Source of the DNA: Octopus vulgaris
Taxonomy: Eukaryota
Length of the DNA stretch: 64,000 bases
Direction of reading: 5' to 3'
NCBI GenBank assembly: GCA_951406725.2
Contig: OX597816.1
Location: 152,644,001-152,708,000, forward strand
A program made the translations under genes and the position numbers. The notes under the pieces were generated by a model. The model made no database searches. It saw nothing but the letters and a program-made list of their open reading frames with translations, and was not told the DNA's origin. Shown piece after piece: positions 1 to 14,371 of the stretch (the stretch's first letter is position 1; each line of letters begins with the position of its first letter).

Positions 1-850
1 GAATCCTCCGTATCTCTTCTTACCAGGAACATCGATCATCGAATGCAATCAACTATCGCACTCTACAACATAAACATATCACAAACACATAGAATACGAA
101 TTCACTGGAAGTTGCGCATAACACCTTGATAATATTCGCAACAAACATATAATTCACAGCAAAGAAAAAAAATAAGACAATGCACAAATTTACTTAGACC
201 AAACTGAGGTATTACATTTGACCAACAGAAGCAAACAACAAAGGAGTATAAAAACAATTCATTAGACCCATCATAGACTACATCATTCCCATTCGGGCTC
301 CAAATTTCTCTATATCAAGCTAAGATAAACTATGAGTTTTCAAGACGCTATACAGCGTATTCTAACAGACTGTACAGTTACTAAATCCATAAGCACCTGC
401 CCCCAATACAACGAGAGAAAAATTCCAATATTGAAACACAACCTGGTGATGCGAGGGCACAGTTTGTTGCCACATCAAACTTTAACCTTTCTCCTCACAA
501 TTCCTGCCACAAAGTGAAACCCCACTTCCAAACACTCAAACATATACAACATCCCAGAGCGCTACTGCAGATTCAACCTAAAACTACTATCCCTCCCACC
601 CAACTCAGACAAGTATAAATGATGCATGGAAGCGTAAATAGCCGCTACATCAATAGTCACACTAGTACAAAACAGTATGTTGCGATATATACACTCGAAA
701 TAAATCCAGAAGAACAATTGCCTCGCTCTGTCAGAATCCATTTTCTCATTACCTGGAGTAGATAAATAAACGAAATGGTGGAAGGAATGTATCAAACCCA
801 GACTGTCGCATTATATCTCATATTATTCATCACTGTATATAGCACTACGC
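1..850 (+). mobile_element. Decayed non-LTR retrotransposon ORF2 fragment (RT thumb and C-terminal region; Ingi/Jockey/I-group-like)
   Basis: Frameshifted translation gives QFIRPIIDYIIP (~256-290), FQDAIQRILTDC, KIPILKH and INPEEQLPRSVRIHF (~700-745). These match the IRP.I.Y / Q.A.R.I.GC / EE..LPR..R pattern of LINE ORF2. Multiple stops are present. Confidence 0.6.
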
Positions 851-1695
851 AGATTCTCAGCTTAGCAAAGACTTGGGAATATAGTTCTGAGGGTCCAGCT
901 TTACCGTTCAGTCAACTAGCTACGTAATAAAGGACAGCTTGAGAAGGCTATTCTTGGGTGACCTAAATATATCTATATCCACAATATATGTTAACTGCCT
1001 TTATAGATCACATTAGCAGTTTGTTGCTGTGGACTAAATTTGCGTAACATTTTTCTTGTTGACTGGTTAAACACAATCTATAATATTTAGTCTGTTTATT
1101 AAGTAGTTTATGCTATTTGAAAGAAATGCATGTTGAGCATACAGGTCACTATCGTCAGATAGATATCATTAGAATAATGCGAGTAGGTTAGAAAATAACG
1201 TCTTAAATTTGAAAAGTGCGTTCTTATTGACATTTTCTTTTCGTTTTCTATTTAGCGATAAAAGTGGACACTGCATACGAGTATTTCGTTGGCATTTGCG
1301 CCAAGCCATTCAAGCTAATAGGACATTCGTCAGTTTCACAGCATGAACTCCTCATGGAGCATATAGACAAGACGGACAGTGAAATTCGAATATTATGTAT
1401 CTTGGCTATACCGTCAACAAGGAGACAAAATGTCTACACTTTGTCGCCTCTGTCTACTTGTTACTCAATTACGTAGAGCAGGACAAAATAAATAATGACG
1501 GTAACGCTTCATTAAGCATCCTGTTCTTTAGATTAGACACACATATACACCTGTACATGTGTATATGTGTATGCTTGTGCATGAGTGTGCACGCACTGTA
1601 ATAGGTGAATGTATATGTAAAGGTATATATATATATTTGTGTATATATACATTTGTATATATATATATATATGTATATATATACACATACATACA

Positions 1696-1739
<44 letters not shown>

Positions 1740-1741
1740 TG

Positions 1742-1855
<114 letters not shown>

Positions 1856-2177
1856 TAAATTCATCTTCGTGTGACTGAATTGATTAATATATTTCCTGCT
1901 ATATCGATTCATTCTACTCTCCCTCGCTGTCTCTAACACTCTTTCATTCTATCCACTTTCTCTATCCCACGTAAGCTATAATTAATGTTCTCCCACTTTT
2001 ACTGTTGAGCATTTGTAATATTTGTCAATATTGTTGTATGTCTCTCTGTTAATATTTATTTTTTTGTGTTTGTCTGTCTATCTATCTACCTGTTTGGTTT
2101 TCTACTGTCTCTCTCGCTCTCTCATTCTCTCTCTCTCTCTACATATTTATATATATGCATTGTGTATATACATATAC

Positions 2178-2253
<76 letters not shown>

Positions 2254-2829
2254 GAGCAACGTAGATGAGGAGTTACGCAGAATATGTAAGATGATGTCAA
2301 TGAATGAAAAACAGAAAGATATTGTTGTGCCTTCCATAGATTGTCGAATGATCCTATAATATTTCGGGAAAATAGTTCCCCTTTTCAAATAGAAGAAACG
2401 AAATAAAGAGCTCGGAGAAATTTATGATCATTGGCATATCATTCTAGCGTGTTATTCTATTTGAAGAAAGCAATTTTATTTAGAAATATTAAAGGACTTT
2501 TAAACACACTATTTTATAAGGTCATGATGTTTCTTTGTCTTCATTCATTGACATAACTTTGCATATTTTTTAACTCCTCATCTGCACTGTTCCAAACTCT
2601 GCCGCATTCAAAACCCTGCAGCAGCAAGAAATAACTTCAGATTTCACGTCGAAATATTGATAAACAATATATAACATAACATAGAAACAAAGGGGACTAT
2701 CTAAAAAAAGGAACCAAGACATGTCATCATCAGCTGCTCTATTCCACTCATTATGGTTTTGACACCAAATACGAATGTATGTGTGTATATGCACACACAT
2801 ATATATATATAAACATAAATATATATATA

Positions 2830-2879
<50 letters not shown>

Positions 2880-2941
2880 ATATAAAAGTATATCATATTT
2901 TCCGTTTGTTGTCTTTTTATTTAATCCTGAATATATATATA

Positions 2942-2992
<51 letters not shown>

Positions 2993-4245
2993 GCACATTG
3001 ATACATTCATACTTACACACATACCATACACACACATTGCATTCATATACACATGAACATACGCGTGCCACACACGCACTCATATATATGCAGGCAAAAA
3101 CAGACACACACACACAAACATACACACAATATAATTCGTATCTTTCATAGAATTATGCTTGAAATAATAATCAATACGATCATACGATATGCATTGCAAA
3201 TATACGTTATATAACATAGATAATTGTTACTATTTTTCTTGAAAAGGTCCTTTCCATTTGCAGAATATTGTCAAGACAATTGGCCAACACACACACACAC
3301 ACACACACAAATATATAAAATAAATTGGGTGGAGATGATTTGTATAAATCGATAATTAATTTTACATGCTACCTGCTGACCCTTTATTTGTCTACGTTGT
3401 TCAATATATATGTCACTTGCCATTCTCTGATATTTCACTTAGCCCATTTTTTGTTTAAATTACGCAAATTATCTAACTCCTCAACTCTTTAACTAGTTAC
3501 AGCTCGAGAGCTGCGGCCATGCTAGGGCACCGCCTAGGCCATATATATTTTTATTGTTTTGTCTAAATCCGTTTACTGGAGGTAAGCTCGGGCAATTGTT
3601 GAGCCGATGACGCTTATTGAGCCAGAAACACGTCCATGACTGTCCTCTTAACTTCAGACAATAAGCATGCCTGTTTCTTTAATGGTATGACAACTTTGGA
3701 AGTAATGCAACTGATTTGGCATAAGCATTTGTTTGTGAAAATGGGCTTCATAACGATTGGCTAACTCATGAAACGTCACAAGATAATTTTCTTTAACTAA
3801 TTTATTTATTTATTTATTGCATGCATGTGTGTGTATGTGTACGTGTGTGTGTGTGTGTGTGTGTATGTGTGTTTGTGTGTGTGCGCGCGTATTTGAATAT
3901 CAGTGATTGCGTGTTAGTGTAAGGATGTATGTGAAGTGACATGTTGGTAGCGTTCGTTTTTGATGCTATCATATACTGCAGAATAATCCCATAGATCTGA
4001 GTCAGTATTGCCATGAGAACTAATTAGAATTAATTGAATACGCGTCTGTCATTGTTCATACAATTTCACCATGGATGGAAAAAATGGAATCAGCTCTCCT
4101 ATAGTTTTCGATTTCACCAGCGTGTTTTCTCTACCCTTACGTATCATCGGTATAATCATATCCATAGGCATTAGTATCAAGCGCTTTTTATATCGATTAC
4201 ACCGATCTACATATTTGAGGCATTTCTGGTATAGCCCCCACCCCA

Positions 4246-4332
<87 letters not shown>

Positions 4333-4410
4333 ATGCATGTATGTATGTGTGTGTATCTATATATATATGTACACACATATCTATATATCTATAAATATAT
4401 ACATACATAT

Positions 4411-4476
<66 letters not shown>

Positions 4477-4485
4477 GTATATATG

Positions 4486-4538
<53 letters not shown>

Positions 4539-4748
4539 AAACATAAATACATATATACACGCATATATCTATCCGTCTATTTGTCTGTTTATACACACAC
4601 ACACACCCAACACACACACACTTACACACAGACACACTTGCACACACACACACATCATTTTCGGTGTTAACCTAAACCTTTTGATCCATGATACATACGA
4701 ATCAGAGTTTGATTTTGCAATGATGAGAAATGACAAGAACAAATACCG

Positions 4749-4793
<45 letters not shown>

Positions 4794-4887
4794 TTTTGAT
4801 AATTCAATGATGATGATGGTAGTGATGACGATAGTGATAATGATAGTGGCGGTTGTGGTGGTGGTGGTGGTGGTGGTGATGATGATA

Positions 4888-4935
<48 letters not shown>

Positions 4936-5530
4936 GTGAAAATGATGATGAATAATGAGGACGATGATGATTATGGTGGTGATGGTGGCGTAGTTAGGAA
5001 ATACTGAAGTGAATTGTGCACATTAATCATTGTGTTCAATTTCTGTTCATTAATTAATTTCAAGAAATATATATATATATATATATATATATAGCTAATA
5101 AAGAACAACAGAAACAACCAATCGAATTCATATTGCAAGGAACAAAAAAAAAAAAAGGAATGACTAGGAAAGAATAAAAAAATGAATGAAAGAGAAAGGA
5201 ACCTGAAATGAGGTATAAAAGCGTAAATTCTTGGAATTATGATCGATCGTAACGATCAGCACTACTTTGAAGTTTAAAGTGACCCAGACCTCGGTTTGAC
5301 TATGACCCATTTTTATGCTGAGTCAGGTAGGCTTCAACGAAGATGTATTATTCGTGCGTGAATGATGCACGCGTGCAGTTGTAGCTCTGTATGCTTTTGT
5401 GTGTATACTGTATCCATCCATCCACCCATCGATCGATCCATCAATTCATTCATCGATCAATCAATCGATCGAGCGATCCATCCATCCATCACATACATAT
5501 AGCAAAAAATACATGCAGATGTGACTATAA

Positions 5531-5855
5531 ACGGAGGTATGGCTGTGTGTGTAGGAAGTTTGCTTCCTCACCACCTGGCTCCGGGTTCAGTCCCATTGCA
5601 AGGCACATTGGGAAAGTATCTTTTACTTTAGGCTCGGGTCGATCAAAGCCTTTGATAGCAGAAACTGAAAGATGCCCGTCGCGCGCGCATGCGTATATGT
5701 TTGTGCATGTTTCTTTGTGTATGTTTTTATTCCCCTCCAGCAGTTGACCGGTGTTGGCTTGTTTACATCACTATAACTTAGAGGCCCGGCCAAAGAATCC
5801 GATGGAATAAGTATCAAGGTTAAAAAGTAAGTACTGGTATCACTTTGTTTGCCCC
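5531..5855 (+). mobile_element. tRNA-derived SINE, family A
   Basis: Head tggctgtgtg...ccgggttcagtccc (A/B-box-like), then ggcacattgggaaagtatctt and ctcgggtcgatcaaagcc. It is the reverse complement of the copies at 54603-54960, 26011-26372 and others. Confidence 0.8.
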
Positions 5856-7164
5856 AGATTGGTATCCTAAAATTACACTCTCACTTCCTACCCAGTCGAG
5901 GCAAACAATATAAACAAAATGCACTCTTCGTCCACCCGGAGAACGAAACAAGTAAATGATAAATGGCAAAAAATAATAATTTACACAAATACAATACGGC
6001 CACACACTCAGCGTTTACTCCAACTATGTCTTAACCACAATATATTAGACAAAAACAAAATAGTTTAAAAAAATTGTAGACTCGGCATCTTCACAGGTTA
6101 ATCTGTCTGGAGAACGAAGTTTACTGTTTCAAACTTCAACCCTTTTGATGGTTCTGTATGTAGCCTGCCACTACTTATACAACCATACTGACCAAACAAA
6201 CAGACAAATCTCCACACACACACACACACACATGCATAGGTGTGTGTGCATGTTTGTGGGGGTGTATGTATGTATACAACACGCTTGTACATACACACAC
6301 ACACATATAGATACACATATACATATGTATACGTTTGTGTGGGTGTATGTGTGTATACAACACGCACATACACACACAAACGCGCGCGCACGCACACACA
6401 CACACACTAGCAACAGCAGTGAATAAACCTTACTTTCAAACAAACACTCTACTGAGAAATGTAGATTCCCAATGTTGACTGCACAGAAACAGCAAAGATT
6501 GCATTGTGAACGAGTGTACCGTATTTACATCAGTTATGGGCCCTACCAGAATCTTTAATAAAAAAAAAAAAACAGACTGAATGGCGAAGATAGTGTAAAG
6601 AGAACAGACACTGCATCCCTATAGATTAAATACACTGCATTTTAGAATGTGCAGTTTGGTGCTCAGTTAGGCGGGGTGGGTGGATGCTATATCTAGAATA
6701 AAATCTATGAATCACACTTTGTTCGGTCAACTACCTGAATGCCAACTCATAGATTAACTCAATCTATACAACAGCAAAAGCAATAACACCAACAACGTCA
6801 ACGATGACAACGATGACCAATACCAGCACCAGCACCGCCGCCACCACTACCATCGTCGTCATCAACAGCAATGGCTAATATAAATATCCATTTTAGTAGA
6901 GAAGGTTGACAGAGAATGTCATTTTCAGAATAAGTGTCCCAAAATTGCCCCGTAATTGTTCCTCCGCTGATCACAACCATATACATGATACTATAATCTA
7001 TTCAATGTCCTTTACTACATTTTGTTTCAAAGGTGTTAAGTACCTGTAGAAAAGTAATAAAAGAAAATCCATCAAACACTGCATATTTGATGACAGTTTC
7101 TGTAGACTACAGTACTGAATTGAAATTCTCCCAAAGTTATAACCTCGATCAGTGTGAACAGCCG

Positions 7165-7285
7165 GTTACATGAATAAGTTACATAAAGTAGCTACATTAC
7201 ATGAATGAGTTATCCTATATGAATGAGTTACTCTATATGAAGTTGTTTATACTACATGTTGAACTGTTATACTATACACGTGAAC
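7165..7285. repeat. Degenerate ~19-bp minisatellite (ttactctatatgaatgag-like)
   Basis: Successive units ttacatgaataag / ttacatgaatgag / ttatcctatatgaatgag / ttactctatatgaag. Confidence 0.6.
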
Positions 7286-7658
7286 TCCGTAACGTGCATT
7301 GGACAAGGGAGATATACAAAATTTTCAAATCTTGTACTGAATCATACTCGGCACAACAGATTGCATACTGACCCACCCCCGCGGAGAGAATATGTATAGT
7401 TCTACTTGATTTAACATCACAGAACACTATCTGTTATCAATGAAGCAACAAGGAAGTTTGTATATGGTCGCACAGCGTGAAAAAGATAATAGCTACTTCT
7501 TCAAATTATACGCAATCGTCTCCCCGCTCCAAAGACGTAGTAGATTATGTTGCTATAGATACGACAAAAGAGGTATATAATAGAAATATTATACACATCA
7601 TTGTTGCTATAGATACGGTATATTTGAATAAAAGACAGAAAATTCACGCGTGGACACT

Positions 7659-7817
7659 AGTGTAGCTAGAGAGGGGCGGTAGGGGCGGTCCGCCCAGGGC
7701 AGCACTTTTAAAGAGGTGACCCTTTTGGGTCTGCTGTAGGCAATATGTATTTTTCTGTGGGGTCTGGGGGTGGCAAACGGAAGGGCCGCCCCAGGCGGCA
7801 CACGCTCTAGCTACGCT
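7659..7817. mobile_element. GC-rich MITE-like element with 13-bp terminal inverted repeats
   Basis: agtgtagctagag (7659-7671) versus ctctagctacgct (7805-7817), one mismatch. Internal ggggcgg/ccgcccc subterminal motifs. No clear TSD. Confidence 0.6.
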
Positions 7818-8212
7818 TGAACGTGTGGAACACCTTCAATCATATGTTCGCTCGATTTGGGTTGATCTGACGCTAACCAACCACTGTTTCAATTGTTAAT
7901 TATAAGTAGACGTTATATGAAGAACAATATGGCATGAATGATGAAAAAAAAAAGTTTCCAAAAATAAAATAAAAGAAAAGAACGAACATAAAAATGTTTT
8001 TGAAATTTATAAAAAGAATAATATTTATGATATATATAAAAGGTGAATAGCTGTGAAGGTACGTTGCAGAAGCACATGCCAATTCCGCTTGTATTATGTG
8101 TTTGTATAACCGTGCCACAAGACAGAAAAACAGTACGGGATGGCCGGTCAAACTAGAAGACAATAAGATCTAGTCAGAAGAAAAAACGCACAAGTACAGA
8201 CATTCAGACTCA

Positions 8213-8276
<64 letters not shown>

Positions 8277-8754
8277 TACTCACAAACAGTCGGATAGGTA
8301 GGCTGATGGAAATGATTGACACTACCAACCAAAACTGCAAGAAAGATAAATTCGTGACCTTGACCAGATTGGCTTTATGCCGTATATATTACTGTGTTGG
8401 AAAGGAAACACCAATGAAAATAATAACCATTTCTAAATTATTTTATGAATAACTAAATATAATAACTAAATATAATTATTGGTGTTGTTGATATGATTTT
8501 GGGTCTGTCATTACATTGCAAAGTGGACTTGATATAACTGAAATTAGTGACAGTAAAAGTTTAACTAGAAGTTTTCTAATTATCGCGCGCACAAACACGC
8601 ACACACAGTCACGACACGTGACTTCGAAATTTGGTGACAGAAATTCAGGAGTTCCTATGTTTGTAACAGCCACAGCGCTACGCATTTCCTGGGAGGAGTT
8701 TTTAGATAATTATATCAACTCCAGAAAGTTGAAAAACTAAATACACCACAGCGA

Positions 8755-8892
8755 ATAATAATCCTTTCTACCAAAGGCACAAGACCTAAAACCCTTGAGG
8801 AGAGACTAGTCGATTATATCAACCCCAGTGTTTCACTGGTACTTAATTTATCGACCCCGAAAGGATGAAAGGCAAATGTGAACTTGGCGACC
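8755..8892 (-). mobile_element. SINE family B fragment
   Basis: ggcacaagacc...gtcgattatatcaaccccagtg...ggtacttaatttatcgaccccgaaaggatgaaaggcaaa, shared with copies at 29820, 38395, 41679, 43467 and 57650. Confidence 0.75.
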
Positions 8893-8944
8893 GGTGGAAA
8901 TAAAACGTTTTAAGAATGTTTTTATTCCTGCGATGCTCATCTTT

Positions 8945-9185
8945 CCTTTTATCTTTTACTCCTTTTTGTCACTGGATTGCGGCCATGCTGGGACTTAGCC
9001 TTTAAGTGCTTAGTGGAATTAACAAACTCTAGTACTTATTCTATCGATCATTTTTGCTGAACTGCTAGTTTACAGATACGTAAACAAACCAACACAGGCT
9101 AAGTAGTGGTGACCCCACACACACACGACGGGCTTCATTCAGCTTCCATCTACCAAATCCACTGCAGCAGAAGACCCAAGGTGAT
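8945..9185 (-). mobile_element. SINE family A, degenerate
   Basis: tgcggccatgctgg...gaactgcta...acgacgggcttc...ctaccaaatccact, matching 54603-54960. Confidence 0.75.
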
Positions 9186-10525
9186 TCAGAACTCCCTAGC
9201 ATTGTTTTCTTATGTTAAAAATTCCGATTATGTTTTCGACTTCATTCTAAAGTTAAAACTACTAAAGAATCATAACACATTTTGTGACAAGCAGAATAAT
9301 ATGAATAAACGGAGCGAACCTATTACACACTCTTTCAATTTGGTTGCTATTTCTAGAAAGAAATAGCAACCAAATCTTTCCCGAAGAAAGCTTTGTTTCC
9401 TATATATAGTATTGACATGTGAAGCAGTGTGTGTTTTGATGCAAGAATTTACCATAAATTCAAAGTTTTTAGCGGACACAGTGGGCGGATTTAAACTAGA
9501 TTAAGTACATTGGATAATTTGTAAATAACTGTCTTTTATATAATCTTTACGTGGACTGAGATAAAAAATAAAAATAGTCCGAATGGTTTCACTCCCTTTG
9601 GTGCATTTTATAATTGTTTACGGAAACACCATATTTATAGCCAGTTGAATTAGAAGTGATTAAATCGGAGAACCTGATTTGCATAGCTAATGTGTTACTG
9701 ATAGTTCAATAAATTATAGACGTGTTAGGCAATGTGTATTTTAATGACATAATATACTTTGGAATAAATTTCTTCGTACACTTACATGTATGTATGTATG
9801 TTTGTATGTATGTATGTATGTATGCATGTATGTATGTATGTATGTATGTATGTATGCATGCATGCATGCATGTATGTATGTATGTATGTATGTATGTATG
9901 TATGTATGCATGCATGTATGTATGTATGTAAGCATGTACGCATGCTTGTTTTTTATGTATAAACATACAAACGTATATGCATTCATGCATACATACATAG
10001 ACACATAAATACACACACACGCACACACACAGACACACACACAAGTTAGATTACTTTTATTGAGGATGGATGCATTTGTCAAAAATTTACCTAAGCTATA
10101 CTGTTTATAGGTGCGATATGTGTGTGTGTGTGTGTGTGTGTGCGTGTGTGTGCGTGTGTGTTTGTGTACGTGCGTGTGTGTGCGTGTGTGTGTGTGTGTG
10201 TGCGTGTGTGTGTATATATATATGTATATATATATGTATATATATATGTTTATATATATATACACAGACACACATATATACATACATGCACACACACACA
10301 CATGTATGTATAAATATATACATATAAAGCTCATATATACATGTATGGGTAATTAGATATATAACAGTATACTTATATACAAATAGGAGCTCCCGTCGAT
10401 CTCACCGGTCTAGGAGAGCCCTCGGTGACCATAAATTCAACTCCTTCATCCAGACCAAACGACTAACAGTAAAACATAAATACTGAAGTTATACAACGAA
10501 ACCGAAAATAAATTTGAGTTCTTAC

Positions 10526-11220
10526 CGTATTGGTGTTTACATCGGTTGGTGACATACATTCATGGTATCCACTGTCTGGAGACTGGAGGCTGTTGCCATA
10601 GATAGTCTGTGAATACACTGTCTGGTCGCTGAAGTAATGTGCCGGTTGCATCAATAGGCGGTTCATGATGTCCCTGCTGTCGTACGGTGACCCTTGACCG
10701 CTACCATCCATTGTGCCACGACCGAAAAAGTTATTAAAGTAAGTTTCATTGCCTTGGTAACTATTGTTTAGTCCGGCTGCGCGTTGTTGTTGTTGTTGCA
10801 ATTGGAGATTGTGAGTAGCTGCAGCGTGATGCTGTTGTTGTTGCTGCTGTTGCTGCACTTGCACTGGCTGCAGTACCTGTAAGCATTGACCCTGTGAATT
10901 GGTGATCAGACCGCCGTTGACAGCAGACGCGTTTCCGTTGACGACATTTCCACCTACTCCGCCACCGCCTCCACCTCCATCATTCCCGCCACCACCTGTG
11001 TCTACACTTCCGGGTGGAGTCGATGCGGTGGTCATCAGTGCTGTTGAACTGACCGGTGGCAGCGAGTTCAAGCGGTGGGGATCGAATGCCGCCGCGAGGT
11101 CGGCGCAGCTACTGCTGCTACTACCGCCGCCTCCGAAGTCATCCAGAAAACTTTCCTGTTTCACATATTGGAGTCTGCCAGTGTGGTCAAGAGCATCCAA
11201 GTTGTACAACTGACTGACCT

Positions 11221-11284
<64 letters not shown>

Positions 11285-13143
11285 TTGTTGTTGCTGTTGA
11301 TGTTGTTGTTGTTGTTGGCGATGGTGTTGGTTGTGGTGTTGGGTGTCGTCGACGCCATGCTGGTGCAAAGATCCGTCGACCATCACCATGTTGGGATGGG
11401 GATCGGAGAGAACAGAAATGGAGCCGTTATGCACTTGGAAGTGATGAGATGATTCCAGAGGGTTCACCGGCGATGCGGCCGCAATAACTGCCGAGAACAA
11501 ATTCCCACAATTGTTGCTTTCACCTGCGACCCTCTCTTCCTCGTTGTTGTTCTTGTTGTTTCGGTGGTGAAGGTTGTGGTTGTTGTAGCTGTCGTTATTA
11601 TGATTGTTGTTATTATTGTTATTATTAGGGTTGTTAGTATTACTACTGTGACTGTCGTCTATGGAGACGCTGACGATCGGGGCGATGATTCTGTTGTTGT
11701 TGTTGTTATTATTATTGCTGCCGCTGATGTTGTTGATGTTAAGGCTAATGTTGTTGTTACTATTTCCGATTGCAGCGGCCACACTAGTCGAATTCGGTGA
11801 ACAGGGATTTCGAGAAGTCGATGTTAATGTTGTAGAACAAGTCGAAGAAGGAATAGAATTCAAGGCGGGGGTGGAGACGGGAGAGGAAGAAGAAGAAAGC
11901 GGGCAGGCAGAAGACGTAGAGACAGAAGTTGAGGGAATGGAAGAAGAGACAGACGGAGGAGGAAGGGGAGAAGACGGAGAGGTCGAGGTAGCAATAGTGG
12001 AAGATGTTGTAGTAGTAATAGAAGGAGGAGGAGGAGGAGGAGGAGGAGAAGGCGAAGAAGAAGTAGTTGTAGTGGTAGCGGTAGTAGTAGTAGTTGTAGT
12101 GGTGGTGGTAGTAGTAGTAGAAGTAGAAGAAGACGAAGTAGATGAAGAAGGAGGAGAAGAAGAAAGAGGCGAAGTGTTAATATTGTCGTTCATTCGTTGA
12201 CGGATTTTAGCGGAAAGAGCTTCTATTAATTCTTTGTTGGCACTAGGTGAACTGGACACGGCAATCGTATCGTCCAGCACCGACGGACAAGCCGTTTGTG
12301 AGAGGGAGTCACGGATTTTAGACAGTCGCGACTCGCTCGCTATATCAGCGGTCGGAAGCAAAACTTCTATGTTATTATTGTAGTCGTTTTTGTTGCTGTC
12401 GTTGTTGTTGTTGTTGTTGTTGTTGTTAGTGGTGGTAGTGGTGATAGTGGTGGAGTTGGTAGTAGTAGTAATCGGAGTAATTGTTTTCGATCTTTCGGCA
12501 CTAGTATCATGGTTCACACCCACCGTAACATCATGACAACTGCCATTGCTGGCACTAATAGCTCCTAGTCCCTGGGTAGCTGTTTCCGATAAGGGTGGCG
12601 GCGATGTAGTCGTGTTAACAGATTCCAAACGTATCGAATCTAGTAAATTACTGTCTAATTGTTGCTGCTGTTGTTGCTGTTGTTGATGGTGAGGATTATG
12701 ATGTTGATGGTGATGATTGATTTGTTGTTGAAGTATCAAACTTTGCTGTCGGTCTAATTGTACTTGGCTGTTGTTATTGTCGCTGTTCGTGGGGTCGCCC
12801 TCGTATAAAAGGCCGGTTGATTCGTGTAAAGGAATCGTCAGTGCTGCTACTGACTTCTCCACGTCTAGCCCACCGGCCGTTCTATCCTCGTAAGCATGGT
12901 TTTGTCTCCCCACCAAAATTTCCTGCCTGTCGCAGGTAGTATTCTCGCTCTGGGTGTTGTTACAGTTGCTACTACTGCTGCTGCTGCTGCTGCTGTTATT
13001 ATTATTAATGCTGTGACTGCTACTGCTACTATTGATGATATTGTTATTGTTGCTGCTGATGTTGCTGTTGTTGCTACTGTTGGCGACCAGATCAGTGGGG
13101 CGTGTCTTACCGGGATTGAATGGCAACACATTTTCCGCCTCTG

Positions 13144-13177
<34 letters not shown>

Positions 13178-13399
13178 TCTGTCAACAGCGACAGCAGAGC
13201 CACTATTAACCCCGCCGTTGACTGTTTTCTCTAGAGGAACGGGAACATTTTCTGCAGGGTTACTCAGATGACCGGCGATTGCATAGAGTTTGGGAAAATC
13301 TACAGGTATCGTATGACCAAGGTCCGGATTCTGAACTGCTGTTGGATTCTGAGTTGTCCCAAGGGAATTCCTTATGTTTTCTACTTGACTGTTGCAGAT
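10526..13399 (-). CDS. Giant 2874-nt (958-codon) phase 0-0 coding exon; poly-Q/N/S/T/P/G/H low-complexity region, probably of a Grainyhead-like transcription factor (tentative)
   Basis: Acceptor ttctctgtctttctttcgcag|ATC at 13400/13399 and donor ACG|gtaaga at 10526/10525. The frame is open from [19 protein letters not shown] through the listed 888-aa ORF to SPTDVNTNT, and its phase matches the upstream exon. It contains VKQE (SUMO-type site) and [16 protein letters not shown], similar to the SPDSG..E..TP.D motif I recall from insect Grainyhead. Family assignment is inference. Confidence 0.85.
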
Positions 13400-13419
13400 C
13401 TGCGAAAGAAAGACAGAGA

Positions 13420-13450
<31 letters not shown>

Positions 13451-13454
13451 AATA

Positions 13455-13535
<81 letters not shown>

Positions 13536-13566
13536 AGATATACATATATATACATACATAAATATA

Positions 13567-13631
<65 letters not shown>

Positions 13632-13690
13632 AATTATATAAATATATATATATAAGTATAAGTATATAAATATATATATATATATATTTA
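13420..13690. repeat. (TA)n-rich microsatellite directly adjoining the polypyrimidine tract of the giant exon
   Basis: About 270 bp of near-continuous TA with occasional CA/GA interruptions. Confidence 0.95.
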
Positions 13691-13825
13691 TGTATGTATG
13701 TAAAATTACTACATTGCATTTAGTAAACGAAAGCCTTGAAGGGTGTAACATTTGTATTTAGCATGCAGCACGTTCCCTTCGAGGCATTTTTCCTCAGCCA
13801 ATATCAGCAATATCATCAATTAGTG

Positions 13826-13862
<37 letters not shown>

Positions 13863-13978
13863 TCAAATGTTGAAACGGCGAACTTCAAGATTACAAAATA
13901 AATTGTTTAAAACATTGTCATGTGTGCTTTGCATAGTGTGTATGTGCGAGCGTGTGTGTTGTGTGTATGTTGCGTGTG

Positions 13979-14054
<76 letters not shown>

Positions 14055-14323
14055 TGCGTGCACGTGTGCCTGTGTGTATAAATCAATCAAATTGTCTTGG
14101 CACTCGGCCGTATCTGGTTTACATCACCAGTATTGTTTGATGCAGCAATATGAATCTATATGCAGTTGCAGGTATACACATAAAACAGTAGGTGTGTGTG
14201 TATGTGTTTATTATTTGATCATAAGGAAACTGTGAATATATATACATATATATATATATATATGTATGTATATGTAAATACATGCATTCATTCATTCATG
14301 CATACATACATACATACATACAT

Positions 14324-14371
<48 letters not shown>

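Noticed and set aside
562-795. Minus-strand exon with acceptor-like ctccag at ~753
   Set aside because: The phase-0 frame closes quickly and the region is better explained as antisense of the LINE fragment.
6990-7070. Strong minus-strand acceptor (ttttctacag at ~7044) as the next exon of the gene
   Set aside because: Phase-0 translation hits TGA after 13 codons, with no recognisable protein similarity.
10463-13129. 888-aa ORF taken as a complete intronless gene
   Set aside because: The start is a GTG inside a longer open frame that begins at a splice acceptor (13399). The tail VRTQIYF... is read-through past the donor at 10525.
10899-13271. Plus-strand ORFs (poly-L/V/E, signal-peptide-looking) overlapping the giant exon
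   Set aside because: They are antisense shadows of the CAG/AAC/TCT/ACT codon repeats of the real exon.
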